IMG/VR virus record: IMGVR_UViG_2974736276_000001
Coordinates: 111,775 to 175,774 of that record
Direction: 5' to 3' (one strand)
From: a virus
Lineage: Duplodnaviria; Caudoviricetes
Length of the DNA: 64,000 bases
Each line of letters starts with the position of its first letter. Position 1 is the stretch's first letter. The translations under genes were made by a program, and so were the position numbers. The notes beneath the pieces are model-generated. The model did no database searches and was not told the DNA's origin. It worked only from the letters and a program-made list of their open reading frames with translations. Below are positions 45,652 to 55,889 of this stretch, piece after piece.

Positions 45652-46571
45652 TAGAAGTCACCTACATCTTTAATCAGTTTAGAAAGACCCGATTTTACAA
45701 AGTAAGGATAAATTTTACCTTTACCTGGTTTCTTATAATTATTATACAGATCTAGAATAGCATCTTTAATATCTTGGCGAATAAACTCAAAATCAATCAT
45801 TACCTGATTTTCTTTGAATCGCTGATATTGAGCTTCAGATAATAATTCAGAAATATCGTTAGCATCTAAACATTCTTCAATAAATTTGGTTTTAGTCGAA
45901 GGAGTTCTTTCACCTTCAACGCGAGTATACCAGAAATCTGAACGAACATTGATAGAAGCAACGTTATCTTTTTTATCGCCTTTGATCAATTTGGTCATTA
46001 GGTCAAGAGCAGGTGAACCTGATTTAGCTTTGACCAGTTTCTTCATCATTGGAGAATACTGAGAAACATTCGGGAATTTATGAAGCTGAGTAAAGTCACC
46101 ATCGCTTGAGATGATCATTACTTTGTGACCTTCAAGTGTCAATTTCTTAGTGAGTACTGCGATAGAATCATCAGCCTCAGCCTTAGAAATATCCATGATG
46201 ACATAAGGCATGTTCTTTTTGAATTCTTCGATAACAGTACGAAGACCTTCAAAATAACCGTCCCAGTCCCAACTAGATTCTTCACGGGCCTTAGCACGGT
46301 TTTTCTTATAGAAGTAAGCTACTTCACGGCGCCAATAAGAAGGCATAGCATTATCAACACAGATAACTACTTCTTCATATCCGTCTTTACGGAATTTCAG
46401 AACGTTATGTTTAAGTGTAGATAAAATCAGATGTCGCATCATTTTAACATCAATTTTATCACCTTCTTTAAAGGTAGCAGTTACAGTAGCATGTACAATT
46501 TGTGATAGATCGACTAAAAGAACACCTGGTTTAACTTGGTCTTCATCAGCCATCAAAAAGTTTAAATTCAT
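45651..46571 (-). CDS. rnh: RNase H (5'-3' exonuclease)
   Basis: YWRR....YKKNR; EADD.IAVL; SSDGDFTQL; KGD.KD.V. Confidence 0.97.
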   Translation of the reverse strand: MNLNFLMADEDQVKPGVLLVDLSQIVHATVTATFKEGDKIDVKMMRHLILSTLKHNVLKFRKDGYEEVVICVDNAMPSYWRREVAYFYKKNRAKAREESSWDWDGYFEGLRTVIEEFKKNMPYVIMDISKAEADDSIAVLTKKLTLEGHKVMIISSDGDFTQLHKFPNVSQYSPMMKKLVKAKSGSPALDLMTKLIKGDKKDNVASINVRSDFWYTRVEGERTPSTKTKFIEECLDANDISELLSEAQYQRFKENQVMIDFEFIRQDIKDAILDLYNNYKKPGKGKIYPYFVKSGLSKLIKDVGDF

Positions 46572-46603
46572 TTCAACCTCGTTGAATTAGATTAGGAGTC
46601 TAT

Positions 46604-46611
46604 TATAAATA
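46604..46611 (+). promoter_or_regulatory. late promoter for gene 34
   Basis: TATAAATA. Confidence 0.85.
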
Positions 46612-46639
46612 GATTTATGATAAGCACACAGGAGCAGCT

Positions 46640-49600
46640 ATGGCCGATTTAGTTAAACAGCAATTCAGAGCGACGAACGGTCTGGATGCAGCCGGTGAAA
46701 AAGTTATTAACGTTGCCAAAGCAAACCGTACTGTTTTAACAGATGCGGTCAACGTTGCATTCTTTATAGAAGAAAATACAATTCAAACCTATGACTCGAC
46801 TCGTGGATATATTCAGAACTTCGCTGTAATGTATGATGGTCGTATTTGGGTGAGCAACAGAGCAATTACTTCACCTGCTGGTACATTCGTTCAAGATTAC
46901 TGGACTGCAGTGCGCACAGACGCAAAATATGAATTCATTAATACATCTGGTAAACAATTAAAATCCGGTGATTTCATTTCAGCAGATTCAAGTTCATCAG
47001 ATCTTACTTTTACTTTACCAAATTCACCTAACGAAGGTGATTCTATTGTTATCCGCGATATCGGTGGAAACGTTGGTTACAAATCAATTAACATTGTAGC
47101 TTCTAATCAAAGAATTGCATTTAATCAACACCAGCTTACAAGTCTTGGGTTAACTAATCCTTATTCTCAGATTTTGTTTGTTTTTAGTAACCGTTTATGG
47201 CAGACATTTATCACTCCCCGTGAGACCTTCGGGCGTTTGACTCCAAATTCTGAAGGTACATATTCTGCTCAAGCTGGCGATGCTATTTTTGCACGATACA
47301 CCACTTCTGGTCCGTTAGAAGTTATTCTGCCTAAGTACGCAAATACTGGTGACTATATTCAGTTCATCGACACAGAGAACAAAGAACCGATTAATCACTT
47401 AATCGTTTCTACTTTTGATGATACTACAAGTGTAGACACTCAGGGTACTAAAGAAAAAGAATATCGTACATCAGGAAAAAGCGTATTCATCTATGATGCT
47501 GTAGATAAATTGTGGCGTTACTGGACTGCTGATATTCGCGATCGTATTCGTATCATCCGAGATGATGTGACTATGAATCCAAACGAATCAGTAATGGTTT
47601 GGGGAACAAATAACAGCACGATCAAAACCATTAATATCAAGCTTCCGACTTCTATCGCTCCAGGTGATAAAGCTCGTGTAGCAATGAATTATATGCGCAA
47701 AGGTCAGACTGTAGTTATCACTCCTTCTGGAACTGATACTATCGCTACTAATAAGACAATGATGCAGTTCCCTCGTCGTTCAGAATATCCACCTGAAACT
47801 GCATGGGTTCAAGTAACTTCATTGACTTTCAATGGCACTACAGATTATGTACCGATCGTTGAATTCAGCTATGTTGAAGATACTTCAGGAACTAATTTCT
47901 GGGTTGTCTCAGATGTTTCTCCACGTGTAGAACGTGTCGATGCAAGCAATCCTGATCGTTTAGGTGTTATTGCTTTAGCTACTCAAGATCAAGCGAACGT
48001 TGATAAAGGTTCTACTCCAGCTACTGAGCTGGCGATTACTCCTTCAACATTAGCTAATCGTACTGCGACAGAAGCTCGTCAAGGTATCGCGGCTATTGCT
48101 ACTACAGCATTAGTTAATCAGGATTCTACTGCGAGTTACAACGATTTAACTATCGTTACTCCTAAGAAACTTAATGAGCGTACTGCAACTGAGACACGCC
48201 GTGGATTGGCAGAAATTGCTACACAAGCTGAAGTTACAACAGGAACTGATGATACCACTATCGTTACTCCTTTGAAATTAGCTACTCGTCGTGCAACTGA
48301 AACTCTTGCTGGACTTGCTCCAATTGTTGTTTCAGGTGGTAATAAACCTGCTCTGAAGAACACTCCAGGAACAGGTGTTTATGATTATACTGATAATTCT
48401 AGTATAGTTACACCAAAAGCACTAAGAGAAATTAAAGCTTCTGTTGTTGCACAAGGTACTATTTTCCTGGCTACTGATACAGACGTTATCGAAGCACCTG
48501 CTTATGATGCGGTATACCCGTTAGCAGTATCTCCAAGTGCATTGCATAAAAAGACTGCTACTGAATCTCGTATCGGTTTCACTCAGACAGCTACGCAAGC
48601 AGAAATTACTATAGGAACTGACGATTTCAAATATGTCACTCCATTGAAATTAGCTACTCGTAAAGCTACTGAAACTCTGGACGGTATTATTCGTGTAGGT
48701 ACTTCATCAGAGTATGCTGCAGGTACTCTTGACAATGTTGTTGTTACACCACTTAAGTTGAAAACTTTCTTAACTGGTGCACGTACTACAGTGAACACTA
48801 CTTCTGGTTTAGTGCAGACTGGTAACATTTGGGACGGTATTAGTCTTAATATTCAGCAAGCTACTGATACGCAACGTGGTACAGCTCGTATTGCTACTCA
48901 AGACGAGATTGATAAAGGTGTAGATGATACTACCTTCGTTACTCCTAAACGTCTTCAGTTGAAAAAGGCTACTGAAACTACTGAAGGTTCAATCCGTTTC
49001 GCGACAGCAGCAGAAGTGACGACAGGTATAGCTGATATGCTCGCTGTGTCACCGAAAAACCTTAAGTATGTAATCCAACAGGAATCTACTTGGGATGCCT
49101 CTGTGTCACTTAGAGGGCCTGTTAAGCTGTCTGAAAAAGCTATCACCTGGTCAGGTAATGCAACTTCAGGTTCTACTGTTGATCTAGAAACGTATGTTAA
49201 AAGCGGATACGCAATATCTCCATATGAATTTAACCGAGTTCTTGGAAATTATTTACCGCGTTTAGCACAAGCAGCAGATTCATTGTTACTTGCAGGCGTT
49301 GCATCTACTAATTGGGTTCGTCGTGATATTGATCAAACAATTAATGGTGCATTGACTTTAACTAAAGCAACTACAGTTCAAGCTCCTCTGACATCTACCT
49401 CAACAGGTAAATTCAGTTCATTGAACTTAGATACTTCTGCTACAGTGGGTAATGGTTCAGGTTCTGCAGTAATTAACTTGAACGCTAAATCAAATGCTTG
49501 GACTTTGACAGCTGGTGATTCATTATCAGCATTAGTACTTTCTACCGGTTCAATTAACCCAGTGATCGTTAGCAACGCTGGTGATATGACTGTGCTTCAA

Positions 49601-50368
49601 TCATTGACTACCGGAAATCTAGTGAGTGCTACTAAAGGCGTAGTTGTTAACGCTCTTCCAGCTATCACTCCTGAAAATGGTGGAATGACATTCGGAAACA
49701 CTACTAGCCCTGTTGTAGTTAAGTCTTCTAACGCTAGTACGATTGTAGCGACTGATAGCTCAGGTTCATATAATTTTGTCACTAAGAAAAATTATCTGAC
49801 AGAACTTGGAACAGACTTTGTTCGTAAGAATGTTGCAGATACTGTGACTGGTCAATTGACATTCACTAAAGCTCGTAAAGATACGATTGATTCTACTATC
49901 AATGCTGCTTATATCAATAGTACTGAAGGTAATTTCAACGTTGAAGTAACTACAGCTGCGGTGTATAATAACTTACCTGGATATGTTGTTCCTACTTATG
50001 ATACAAGCTCAGCGACTCCGGTCATTGTGTCTTATACACAAGTGAATGCTCCTGGTACTTTATCTCAGTTTGGCACAAGTGCAAATGGTAAATATCAGAT
50101 CTGGGCACCACGCCCTACAGCTGCTGGCGAAAATGTTGTTGCACAGACATTCTGGATTCGTAACTGGAATACAGTGACTGCAGCTTGGGATTCATGGGCA
50201 AGAATGTATACTTCGGCTACACCTCCTACTGCTTCTGATATCGGTGCAGTTCCTGTAACAGGTTCTACATTTGATAACTTAACTGTAAGAGATTATCTGA
50301 AAATTGGTAATGTGATTATGCGCCCAGATCCAAACACTCGCACTGTTACTTTCGAATGGGTTGATTAA
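46640..50368 (+). CDS. 34: gp34 long tail fibre proximal subunit
   Basis: FRATNGLDAAGEKVINVA; repeated ATET..G...AT..E...G.DD...VTP.KL; C-terminal GNV...PDP....V.FEWV. Confidence 0.97.
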   Translation: MADLVKQQFRATNGLDAAGEKVINVAKANRTVLTDAVNVAFFIEENTIQTYDSTRGYIQNFAVMYDGRIWVSNRAITSPAGTFVQDYWTAVRTDAKYEFINTSGKQLKSGDFISADSSSSDLTFTLPNSPNEGDSIVIRDIGGNVGYKSINIVASNQRIAFNQHQLTSLGLTNPYSQILFVFSNRLWQTFITPRETFGRLTPNSEGTYSAQAGDAIFARYTTSGPLEVILPKYANTGDYIQFIDTENKEPINHLIVSTFDDTTSVDTQGTKEKEYRTSGKSVFIYDAVDKLWRYWTADIRDRIRIIRDDVTMNPNESVMVWGTNNSTIKTINIKLPTSIAPGDKARVAMNYMRKGQTVVITPSGTDTIATNKTMMQFPRRSEYPPETAWVQVTSLTFNGTTDYVPIVEFSYVEDTSGTNFWVVSDVSPRVERVDASNPDRLGVIALATQDQANVDKGSTPATELAITPSTLANRTATEARQGIAAIATTALVNQDSTASYNDLTIVTPKKLNERTATETRRGLAEIATQAEVTTGTDDTTIVTPLKLATRRATETLAGLAPIVVSGGNKPALKNTPGTGVYDYTDNSSIVTPKALREIKASVVAQGTIFLATDTDVIEAPAYDAVYPLAVSPSALHKKTATESRIGFTQTATQAEITIGTDDFKYVTPLKLATRKATETLDGIIRVGTSSEYAAGTLDNVVVTPLKLKTFLTGARTTVNTTSGLVQTGNIWDGISLNIQQATDTQRGTARIATQDEIDKGVDDTTFVTPKRLQLKKATETTEGSIRFATAAEVTTGIADMLAVSPKNLKYVIQQESTWDASVSLRGPVKLSEKAITWSGNATSGSTVDLETYVKSGYAISPYEFNRVLGNYLPRLAQAADSLLLAGVASTNWVRRDIDQTINGALTLTKATTVQAPLTSTSTGKFSSLNLDTSATVGNGSGSAVINLNAKSNAWTLTAGDSLSALVLSTGSINPVIVSNAGDMTVLQSLTTGNLVSATKGVVVNALPAITPENGGMTFGNTTSPVVVKSSNASTIVATDSSGSYNFVTKKNYLTELGTDFVRKNVADTVTGQLTFTKARKDTIDSTINAAYINSTEGNFNVEVTTAAVYNNLPGYVVPTYDTSSATPVIVSYTQVNAPGTLSQFGTSANGKYQIWAPRPTAAGENVVAQTFWIRNWNTVTAAWDSWARMYTSATPPTASDIGAVPVTGSTFDNLTVRDYLKIGNVIMRPDPNTRTVTFEWVD

Positions 50369-50376
50369 GAGGTATT

Positions 50377-51525
50377 ATGGCTACGACGAATAAAAATACG
50401 ATGGCTGTGTTTGGAGAAAATTATGTCCAAACACAAGTTCTGTCTGAAAATGGTGCAGTCAAATATAAATTGTCTGCTGCAGCATCAAATACAAATTCGG
50501 TTCCGGATTCACCGTATTTGATGCTGAATGATAATGCACTGGGTAGCCAAACCTTTGAGCGCGGGCTTAATGTCCGCGTTATCAATACTGTTACTGGTGC
50601 AGTTACAGACAGTAAAATTTTTGATTTAGTAAATGCAGGTGGTGCAGCTACAGCGTTCACCACTTACATGAATCAGTTAACCCCTGGATTGCTTGCTGTG
50701 ATTATCTCTGCAAAGGAGATGAAATCGGAATCCTCAGTAGACGCATGGTTCGCGTCCGCAGCATCAGCAAATTGGCCCGGAGCAGGGAAGCTCCAACGTT
50801 TTCCTAAAACATCGTATGTTGCATTTTATTCCGCTATCGAGAAATGTATTATTCAAGAAGCAGTAATTTTTAATGACAACATTGTGAAGGAAGATTCTCG
50901 TGCTAAATTAGAAGTAGTGTATGACGTGTTGAGTGATATTGGTGCAACAGGATTTACTAAAAGAGCTATCTATGATTCTACTGAATATTCTTCTAGCACA
51001 TTATATGAGTTCAAAAGATATCCGACAGATGATTTGATAACACCAATAAGTGGATTTGGAAGTACTACAGATGCCAGATGTTTTCTTTGTCTTGATATGC
51101 TAGCGTCCCAGGAACTGGTAGATCAAGGATTGACATGTAGAGCTTCATTGCGTTGGTTCAAAGGACAAACACTATTAAGTTCAACTACTATAGAAGTTCC
51201 TACTGCATATGCTGGATATTGGGCACGTTATGAAAGATTTATCAATGTACCAAATGATGCAGACGGATATACGCTAGTTTTGTCGAGATATCCTCAGAGC
51301 TCAACAGCAACAGGATCAGCGAGCGTTAGAAATGTAGTTCTAACACGAGTATCAAGAGCTGAAACAACAATGACTGCTAATGCAGCATTTGGTGTTAATG
51401 GTATCAGAATGAATACTTTGAATGATGGATCAAGTTCATACATGCTTGAATTGCCTGATACGAAGACTGATCAAACTGGTAACATTTATGGTAATGACTT
51501 TAAAGAATTCGATAAAAGTTATTAG
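50377..51525 (+). CDS. 35: gp35 long tail fibre hinge
   Basis: MA.FG..YVQTQ.LSE...VKYK; A.FGVNGIRMN. Confidence 0.93.
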   Translation: MATTNKNTMAVFGENYVQTQVLSENGAVKYKLSAAASNTNSVPDSPYLMLNDNALGSQTFERGLNVRVINTVTGAVTDSKIFDLVNAGGAATAFTTYMNQLTPGLLAVIISAKEMKSESSVDAWFASAASANWPGAGKLQRFPKTSYVAFYSAIEKCIIQEAVIFNDNIVKEDSRAKLEVVYDVLSDIGATGFTKRAIYDSTEYSSSTLYEFKRYPTDDLITPISGFGSTTDARCFLCLDMLASQELVDQGLTCRASLRWFKGQTLLSSTTIEVPTAYAGYWARYERFINVPNDADGYTLVLSRYPQSSTATGSASVRNVVLTRVSRAETTMTANAAFGVNGIRMNTLNDGSSSYMLELPDTKTDQTGNIYGNDFKEFDKSY

Positions 51526-51567
51526 TTAATCCTTATATAGAGATTATATAGTAGTAAATAATAAATT

Positions 51568-51590
51568 TGGGGAGCCTAGGCTCCCCATTT
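51568..51590 (+). terminator. terminator after gene 35
   Basis: TGGGGAGC-CTAG-GCTCCCCA-TTT. Confidence 0.75.
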
Positions 51591-51593
51591 TCG

Positions 51594-51601
51594 TATAAAT
51601 A
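51594..51601 (+). promoter_or_regulatory. late promoter for the distal fibre gene
   Basis: TATAAATA. Confidence 0.85.
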
Positions 51602-51625
51602 TTAGCAGTTAATTAGGAGACTACT

Positions 51626-53110
51626 ATGGCCGATTTAAAAGCCGGTACTACAGTCGGTGGTGCAATGGTCTGGACTCAGGGTAATTTCCCTCTGTTCCCA
51701 TCAGGTAACACTCTGTTGTATCGCGATTATACAGTATACACAACAAATGACAAACCTCAGGCCGCTGATAACGATTTCGTTTCAAAAGCACAGGGCGGTA
51801 CATTTGAAAAAACTATTACTATGAAAGGTAGTGTTAGTTCAGCAACAATGATGCAATTACAGGGTACTGCAGTAGGTACTCAATATGCTTTAACAGATTC
51901 AGCTGGAGCATTAACTGGTTCTAATTATCAGATCTATGCACAAGGTGATCAATTTAAATTCCGTGCTCCTAATACAGTAGCTGCTGGATTGATTGACGTT
52001 TTAATTTGGACTAATCCTACAAAACGATTTGATCTATCTGGTAACTTATACGTATCTGGAAGCGTATATAATCTTTATGATTCAACTGGCGGAATTTTTT
52101 ATAGTCCTAAAAATAAGCCGGTTGCAGCGGATGTTGGATTAGGTAATGTTACTAATGATGCTCAATTAAAAATTGCAAGTAATCTTTCTGATGTAGCAAA
52201 TGTTGATACTGCTCGTACTAATATTAGTGCTGCTAAGTCTGGCACTAACTCAGATATTACATCTTTGACTGCATTAACATCAATAACTAAAGGATTGACA
52301 TTATCAAGCACTTTAACAGTTTCTGGAGCAACAACTGTAAATAACACTTTAAATGTTACGCAGGCTTCTACTTTTAACAGTACTGTAGGAATTACAGGAA
52401 ACACTACAATAGGCGGAAACACCTATATTTCAGGACTTGCTACAGTCGCTGGAACTTTAGGTGTAACAGGCCGAACTACTTTAACCGGATTAACAATTAA
52501 TCATACTACTGCAAACTGGCTTGATATTACTGGCGCATATTCTCCTACCACAAATCAGTACATGACAAATGGTATTCGCATTTGGAATAGAGAGAATAGA
52601 CTTGTTGATCTGTATAATTTTGAAAGTGTTGGAAATTATAGCGCACTGACTGTACATGTTTATAATTCAGCTAATTCAAATGAGGCTGGTGCATATTATG
52701 AATTTAGAAATAGCGGATTGTTTGTTGCTCCATCTATTTCATCTAATACTACAATTGCCGCCGGGGCTGATATAAGAGCTCGTGGATCAATGTATGTTGG
52801 TAATGGTGATACAAGAATGGCTCATGACGGCAATATCTGGGGTACACGTTGGAACGGTAGTGGTGAATGGCTTTATGATTGGATGAATCGCACCTATTTA
52901 AATGATATATTTTTAGGTGGCCAGCAATGGTGGAACACTCCTGTTGGTCCAAATACCAGAAGAGATTGGGCACTTGGTAGTGGTTCTGTTTGTACAGGAT
53001 ATACACAAACCGATGAAGGCTCTTATCATATTTGGATAGATGGTATGTTTTACCGTCAAATTTGGAAACGATATGCGAATGGTGCCCAAGCTATTATTGC
53101 AAGTACATAG
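51626..53110 (+). CDS. distal long tail fibre (gp36 N-terminus fused to a short receptor-binding fibre)
   Basis: gp36 N-terminus MADLKAG.TVGG...GNFPL...KPQA.DNDFVSKA.GG; then ADVGLGNV.N, SG.NSDITSL, Thr/Gly beta-repeats, DGNIWGTRW, YRQIWKRY.NG. Confidence 0.85.
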   Translation: MADLKAGTTVGGAMVWTQGNFPLFPSGNTLLYRDYTVYTTNDKPQAADNDFVSKAQGGTFEKTITMKGSVSSATMMQLQGTAVGTQYALTDSAGALTGSNYQIYAQGDQFKFRAPNTVAAGLIDVLIWTNPTKRFDLSGNLYVSGSVYNLYDSTGGIFYSPKNKPVAADVGLGNVTNDAQLKIASNLSDVANVDTARTNISAAKSGTNSDITSLTALTSITKGLTLSSTLTVSGATTVNNTLNVTQASTFNSTVGITGNTTIGGNTYISGLATVAGTLGVTGRTTLTGLTINHTTANWLDITGAYSPTTNQYMTNGIRIWNRENRLVDLYNFESVGNYSALTVHVYNSANSNEAGAYYEFRNSGLFVAPSISSNTTIAAGADIRARGSMYVGNGDTRMAHDGNIWGTRWNGSGEWLYDWMNRTYLNDIFLGGQQWWNTPVGPNTRRDWALGSGSVCTGYTQTDEGSYHIWIDGMFYRQIWKRYANGAQAIIAST

Positions 53111-53118
53111 GAATTAAA

Positions 53119-53511
53119 ATGAAAGTATATTCTAATTGGAAACATTCAAAAGGTAAAATGGTCGATGAAACCCATTACATTGTTAATATAACTAATAATG
53201 AAAATGTTAGTTGGTATAATTTAATGGGGGAAATTGATAAAAGAAAAGAAAAGTGGGTAGTGGGAATTCATTCAAAAGAAGGATGGATCAGCTGGTTTAC
53301 TGAGGGGCACGTATCTGGAAAATATGCTCCAAATGAAGAATCATCTGTTATTCTTATCGATGAATTTATTCCTAAAGATGCAGATCCTCGAGATTATATT
53401 TTTAATGGAACGAAATTTGTTCTTAAGCCGCCAAAAGAAATTAAATCAAGATCGAAAGAAGATATTTTGGCTGATCTCGAAAAATTGAAAGCCGAGCTAT
53501 TAAGTTCTTAA
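53119..53511 (+). CDS. putative tail fibre assembly chaperone (gp38 position)
   Basis: MKVYSNW...N.SWY.L...Y.F.G.KF; lacks the Gly-rich loops of T2-type gp38 adhesins. Confidence 0.65.
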   Translation: MKVYSNWKHSKGKMVDETHYIVNITNNENVSWYNLMGEIDKRKEKWVVGIHSKEGWISWFTEGHVSGKYAPNEESSVILIDEFIPKDADPRDYIFNGTKFVLKPPKEIKSRSKEDILADLEKLKAELLSS

Positions 53512-53551
53512 TGCCAATAAATATTAAGAACCGTTAACAAAGGAAAATATC

Positions 53552-54211
53552 ATGGCCTCAGGAACACCATCCGTTTCTATCATGGATTTGGTCTTTGGTG
53601 TTCTGGACAGGATTTTCAAAGATGACGCAACGGGAAAGGTAGTTCTTTCCCGCGTTCTCACTGTTATTGTGCTCTTCATTTTAGTTTTTGTTTGGTATAA
53701 AGGCGATGCTTTAATGCAAATGTATAAGGATTCGAAGTATGATTCCTACACAGAAATTATACAGAAAGAGCGTGATTCAAAGTTTGAAACATCTGCCCTA
53801 GAACAATTACAGATAGTCCAAGCATCTTCGGGTGCAGATTTTTCTGCAGTTTACACCTTTAGACCTAGAAATATGAACTACTTCGTAGATTTAGTTACTT
53901 ATGAAGGACGTTTACCACAAACAGTAAATCCAAAAAATTTAGGAGGATTTCCAATTGACAAAACCTCGGGAGAATACAACACTCATTTGACCGGAGAATT
54001 TTTCGAATCAGATAAAGAGTTTACGTATTTGCCAACTAAAAAGAAGGATGGGGAAATTAAGTACATGTTCTCATGTCCTTATTTCAATTTGGATAATGTT
54101 TATTCTGGCGCAGTAGCTATGTACTGGTATGATGGGCAGGCAACTGTACCTGAAGCAAGACTAGCTGCCATCTGTAGACAAGCATCTAGAACTCTCGGAA
54201 GAACAAGATAA
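53552..54211 (+). CDS. t: holin T
   Basis: FG.LDR.FKD.ATGK...SR, single TM, YMFSCPYFNLDN.Y.G. Confidence 0.96.
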   Translation: MASGTPSVSIMDLVFGVLDRIFKDDATGKVVLSRVLTVIVLFILVFVWYKGDALMQMYKDSKYDSYTEIIQKERDSKFETSALEQLQIVQASSGADFSAVYTFRPRNMNYFVDLVTYEGRLPQTVNPKNLGGFPIDKTSGEYNTHLTGEFFESDKEFTYLPTKKKDGEIKYMFSCPYFNLDNVYSGAVAMYWYDGQATVPEARLAAICRQASRTLGRTR

Positions 54212-54228
54212 GGGCCGCAAGGCCCTTT
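54211..54228. terminator. terminator after t
   Basis: AGGGCC-GCAA-GGCCCT-TT. Confidence 0.7.
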
Positions 54229-54229
54229 A

Positions 54230-54400
54230 TCATTTAATTCTTGCCTTGGCAGGCTTTTTAGAACTGTATTCACTCATCTTATTGATGTATGAATCGGGTA
54301 AAGATACTTTCTGTTCTTCTGTGAGTAATTCCCAGAATACTGCTGCTAACTGAGTTCTACCCATTTCAATCCAAAAATAAAATGATTGTATATTTGACAT
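54230..54400 (-). CDS. hypothetical protein (56 aa)
   Basis: Manual translation MSNIQSFYFWIEMGRTQLAAVFWELL..., starting 2 nt after the asiA stop. Confidence 0.5.
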   Translation of the reverse strand: MSNIQSFYFWIEMGRTQLAAVFWELLTEEQKVSLPDSYINKMSEYSSKKPAKARIK

Positions 54401-54402
54401 AA

Positions 54403-54675
54403 TTAACGATTGGCATACATCGCCATGTGACGATATACGTCCGCATACCCCTCATTGAACTCTTCGACTAATATTTCTTTATCTTCCAAAGACAATTCCT
54501 TAATCATCTTCTTGAAAGACGCCACATTCAATTCACGACCTTCATTACGAATTCCAATCTCATTCAAAAATGCTACAAACTCATCACTCTTTCCCTGAAG
54601 AATATCTTCTGCACCAAATTTAATCAAAATTGAAGCCACAGTAATAATTTCACGAACAGTTTCTAACTTAGACAT
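54403..54675 (-). CDS. asiA: AsiA anti-sigma70 / middle transcription co-activator
   Basis: VREIITVASILIKF..EDI....FVAFLNE.G...EFNEG...VYR...MY.N. Confidence 0.96.
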   Translation of the reverse strand: MSKLETVREIITVASILIKFGAEDILQGKSDEFVAFLNEIGIRNEGRELNVASFKKMIKELSLEDKEILVEEFNEGYADVYRHMAMYANR

Positions 54676-54715
54676 AATCACTCACTTTCTTATAATGTTT
54701 AACAACTTGGAATAA

Positions 54716-55027
54716 TTATACTACACTAGACTCGTGGAGTACACCGTTAATATGAACACTTACTAGTTTAAATTTTTCAGAAAACTTCACAACTTCAGAA
54801 GCAATGTGCTTAAGAGCCTGCTGACGTTCAATTGTTGATTCTAGAACAATTTCTAAACAGTCATCTAAATCATATGAATATTTTACATCATTGTTGAAAT
54901 CTAAGCAAATGTTAATAGTGAATTCTAGAATAGCGCTTTTAGTCACCCAATCAATATCTTCTTCACCTTGTTCGAAATCAAGATTAATTTTTGCAAAATA
55001 TTTTGGTTCAATTGTAACGTAATTCAT
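54716..55027 (-). CDS. acidic hypothetical protein (arn region)
   Basis: Probable start MNYVTIEPK; D/E-rich; not recognisably T4 Arn. Confidence 0.55.
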   Translation of the reverse strand: MNYVTIEPKYFAKINLDFEQGEEDIDWVTKSAILEFTINICLDFNNDVKYSYDLDDCLEIVLESTIERQQALKHIASEVVKFSEKFKLVSVHINGVLHESSVV

Positions 55028-55310
55028 GATGTAATTCCCACTCAATAAAAAGATGTTGACTTTCAGTAATGAATTCTCTCGGACCAGTAGAGCCGTTCTC
55101 GATAATCCATAGCGCATATCGTGGATGCCAATCACCGACTTTAATCATAGCAGCCTTGAGATACCAATCTTTGTTTTCTTTAATGCGAACAGGATAACCA
55201 TTGTGACAGAGTTGCATTGCTTCCCAATAGTTCAATGGTTCTCCTAACATCCCTTTAGAGATAAGGCTCTCGCGAGCCCGTTCTTTAATAATCGTTACTT
55301 GACTTGTCAT
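55008..55310 (-). CDS. hypothetical protein
   Basis: 100-aa ORF. Confidence 0.55.
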   Translation of the reverse strand: MTSQVTIIKERARESLISKGMLGEPLNYWEAMQLCHNGYPVRIKENKDWYLKAAMIKVGDWHPRYALWIIENGSTGPREFITESQHLFIEWELHHELRYN

Positions 55311-55417
55311 ATTTGACCTTATGTTTTTGCTTGCGCATAGATTTTTTTGGATTCCTCTTTGCGGTCCTTATGGACAGCACTACGATTGAAATCGTGTTTA
55401 GCAACGAGGTTGTTCAT
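55285..55417 (-). pseudogene. arn.1: arn.1 homologue frameshifted at an A7 run
   Basis: MNNLVAKHDFNRSAVHKDRK stops after 32 aa (55319); conserved RKQKHK tail continues in the +1 frame to 55285. Confidence 0.65.
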
Positions 55418-55428
55418 ACTATTCCTTA

Positions 55429-55887
55429 TTATCGATATAGATCTTCACTAAAGAGTTCATCTTCTGGAGAACACTTTTCATACGGAAGTTGATCTGCCCA
55501 TTGAGCAATCAACAATGCTTCTTCACGAGTATGATAGTCGTCAAACTGATCAATGAATCCTTGATCATCGCCATAAGCCTTGGATAATTCAATCCCACGG
55601 GACCGCAAGAACAAAATCATATTACCCATTAAAGTAGAATAATGTCTAGCAGAAGCAATGACAATCATCTCACCTGTAGCTTTATCGTAAAAACGATTAG
55701 CTGCTGAGACGATTCGGCGTTGAACACGTTGGTCGTACCCTTCCCAAGTTTTGAAGCATGCATCAGGAATCACCACTGAAGGAGAATACGATTCGAGTTT
55801 CATTAGCAATGATTCTGGAGTTTCTTTTTCCAAAGCTTTGTGCAGAAGAGCTAGACGCTCTTCAAATGGTAAAATGTTCTCAGCCAT
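55429..55887 (-). CDS. arn.3: Arn.3-like protein
   Basis: QRRIV.AANRF...ARHYS..M...QGFIDQ...Y.TREEA..IA...LFSEDLY. Confidence 0.85.
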   Translation of the reverse strand: MAENILPFEERLALLHKALEKETPESLLMKLESYSPSVVIPDACFKTWEGYDQRVQRRIVSAANRFYDKATGEMIVIASARHYSTLMGNMILFLRSRGIELSKAYGDDQGFIDQFDDYHTREEALLIAQWADQLPYEKCSPEDELFSEDLYR

Positions 55888-55889
55888 AT

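Noticed and set aside
47950-49150. Direct repeats in gene 34 (e.g. TTGAAATTAGCTACTCGT twice) as a CRISPR-like or DGR-like repeat
   Set aside because: They are in frame and correspond to the known gp34 protein repeats
53119-53511. T2/T6-type gp38 adhesin
   Set aside because: Too short and lacks the glycine-rich motifs; fits an assembly chaperone better
54716-55027. Calling this ORF arn (anti-restriction DNA mimic)
   Set aside because: Position and acidity fit, but there is no recognisable similarity to T4 Arn
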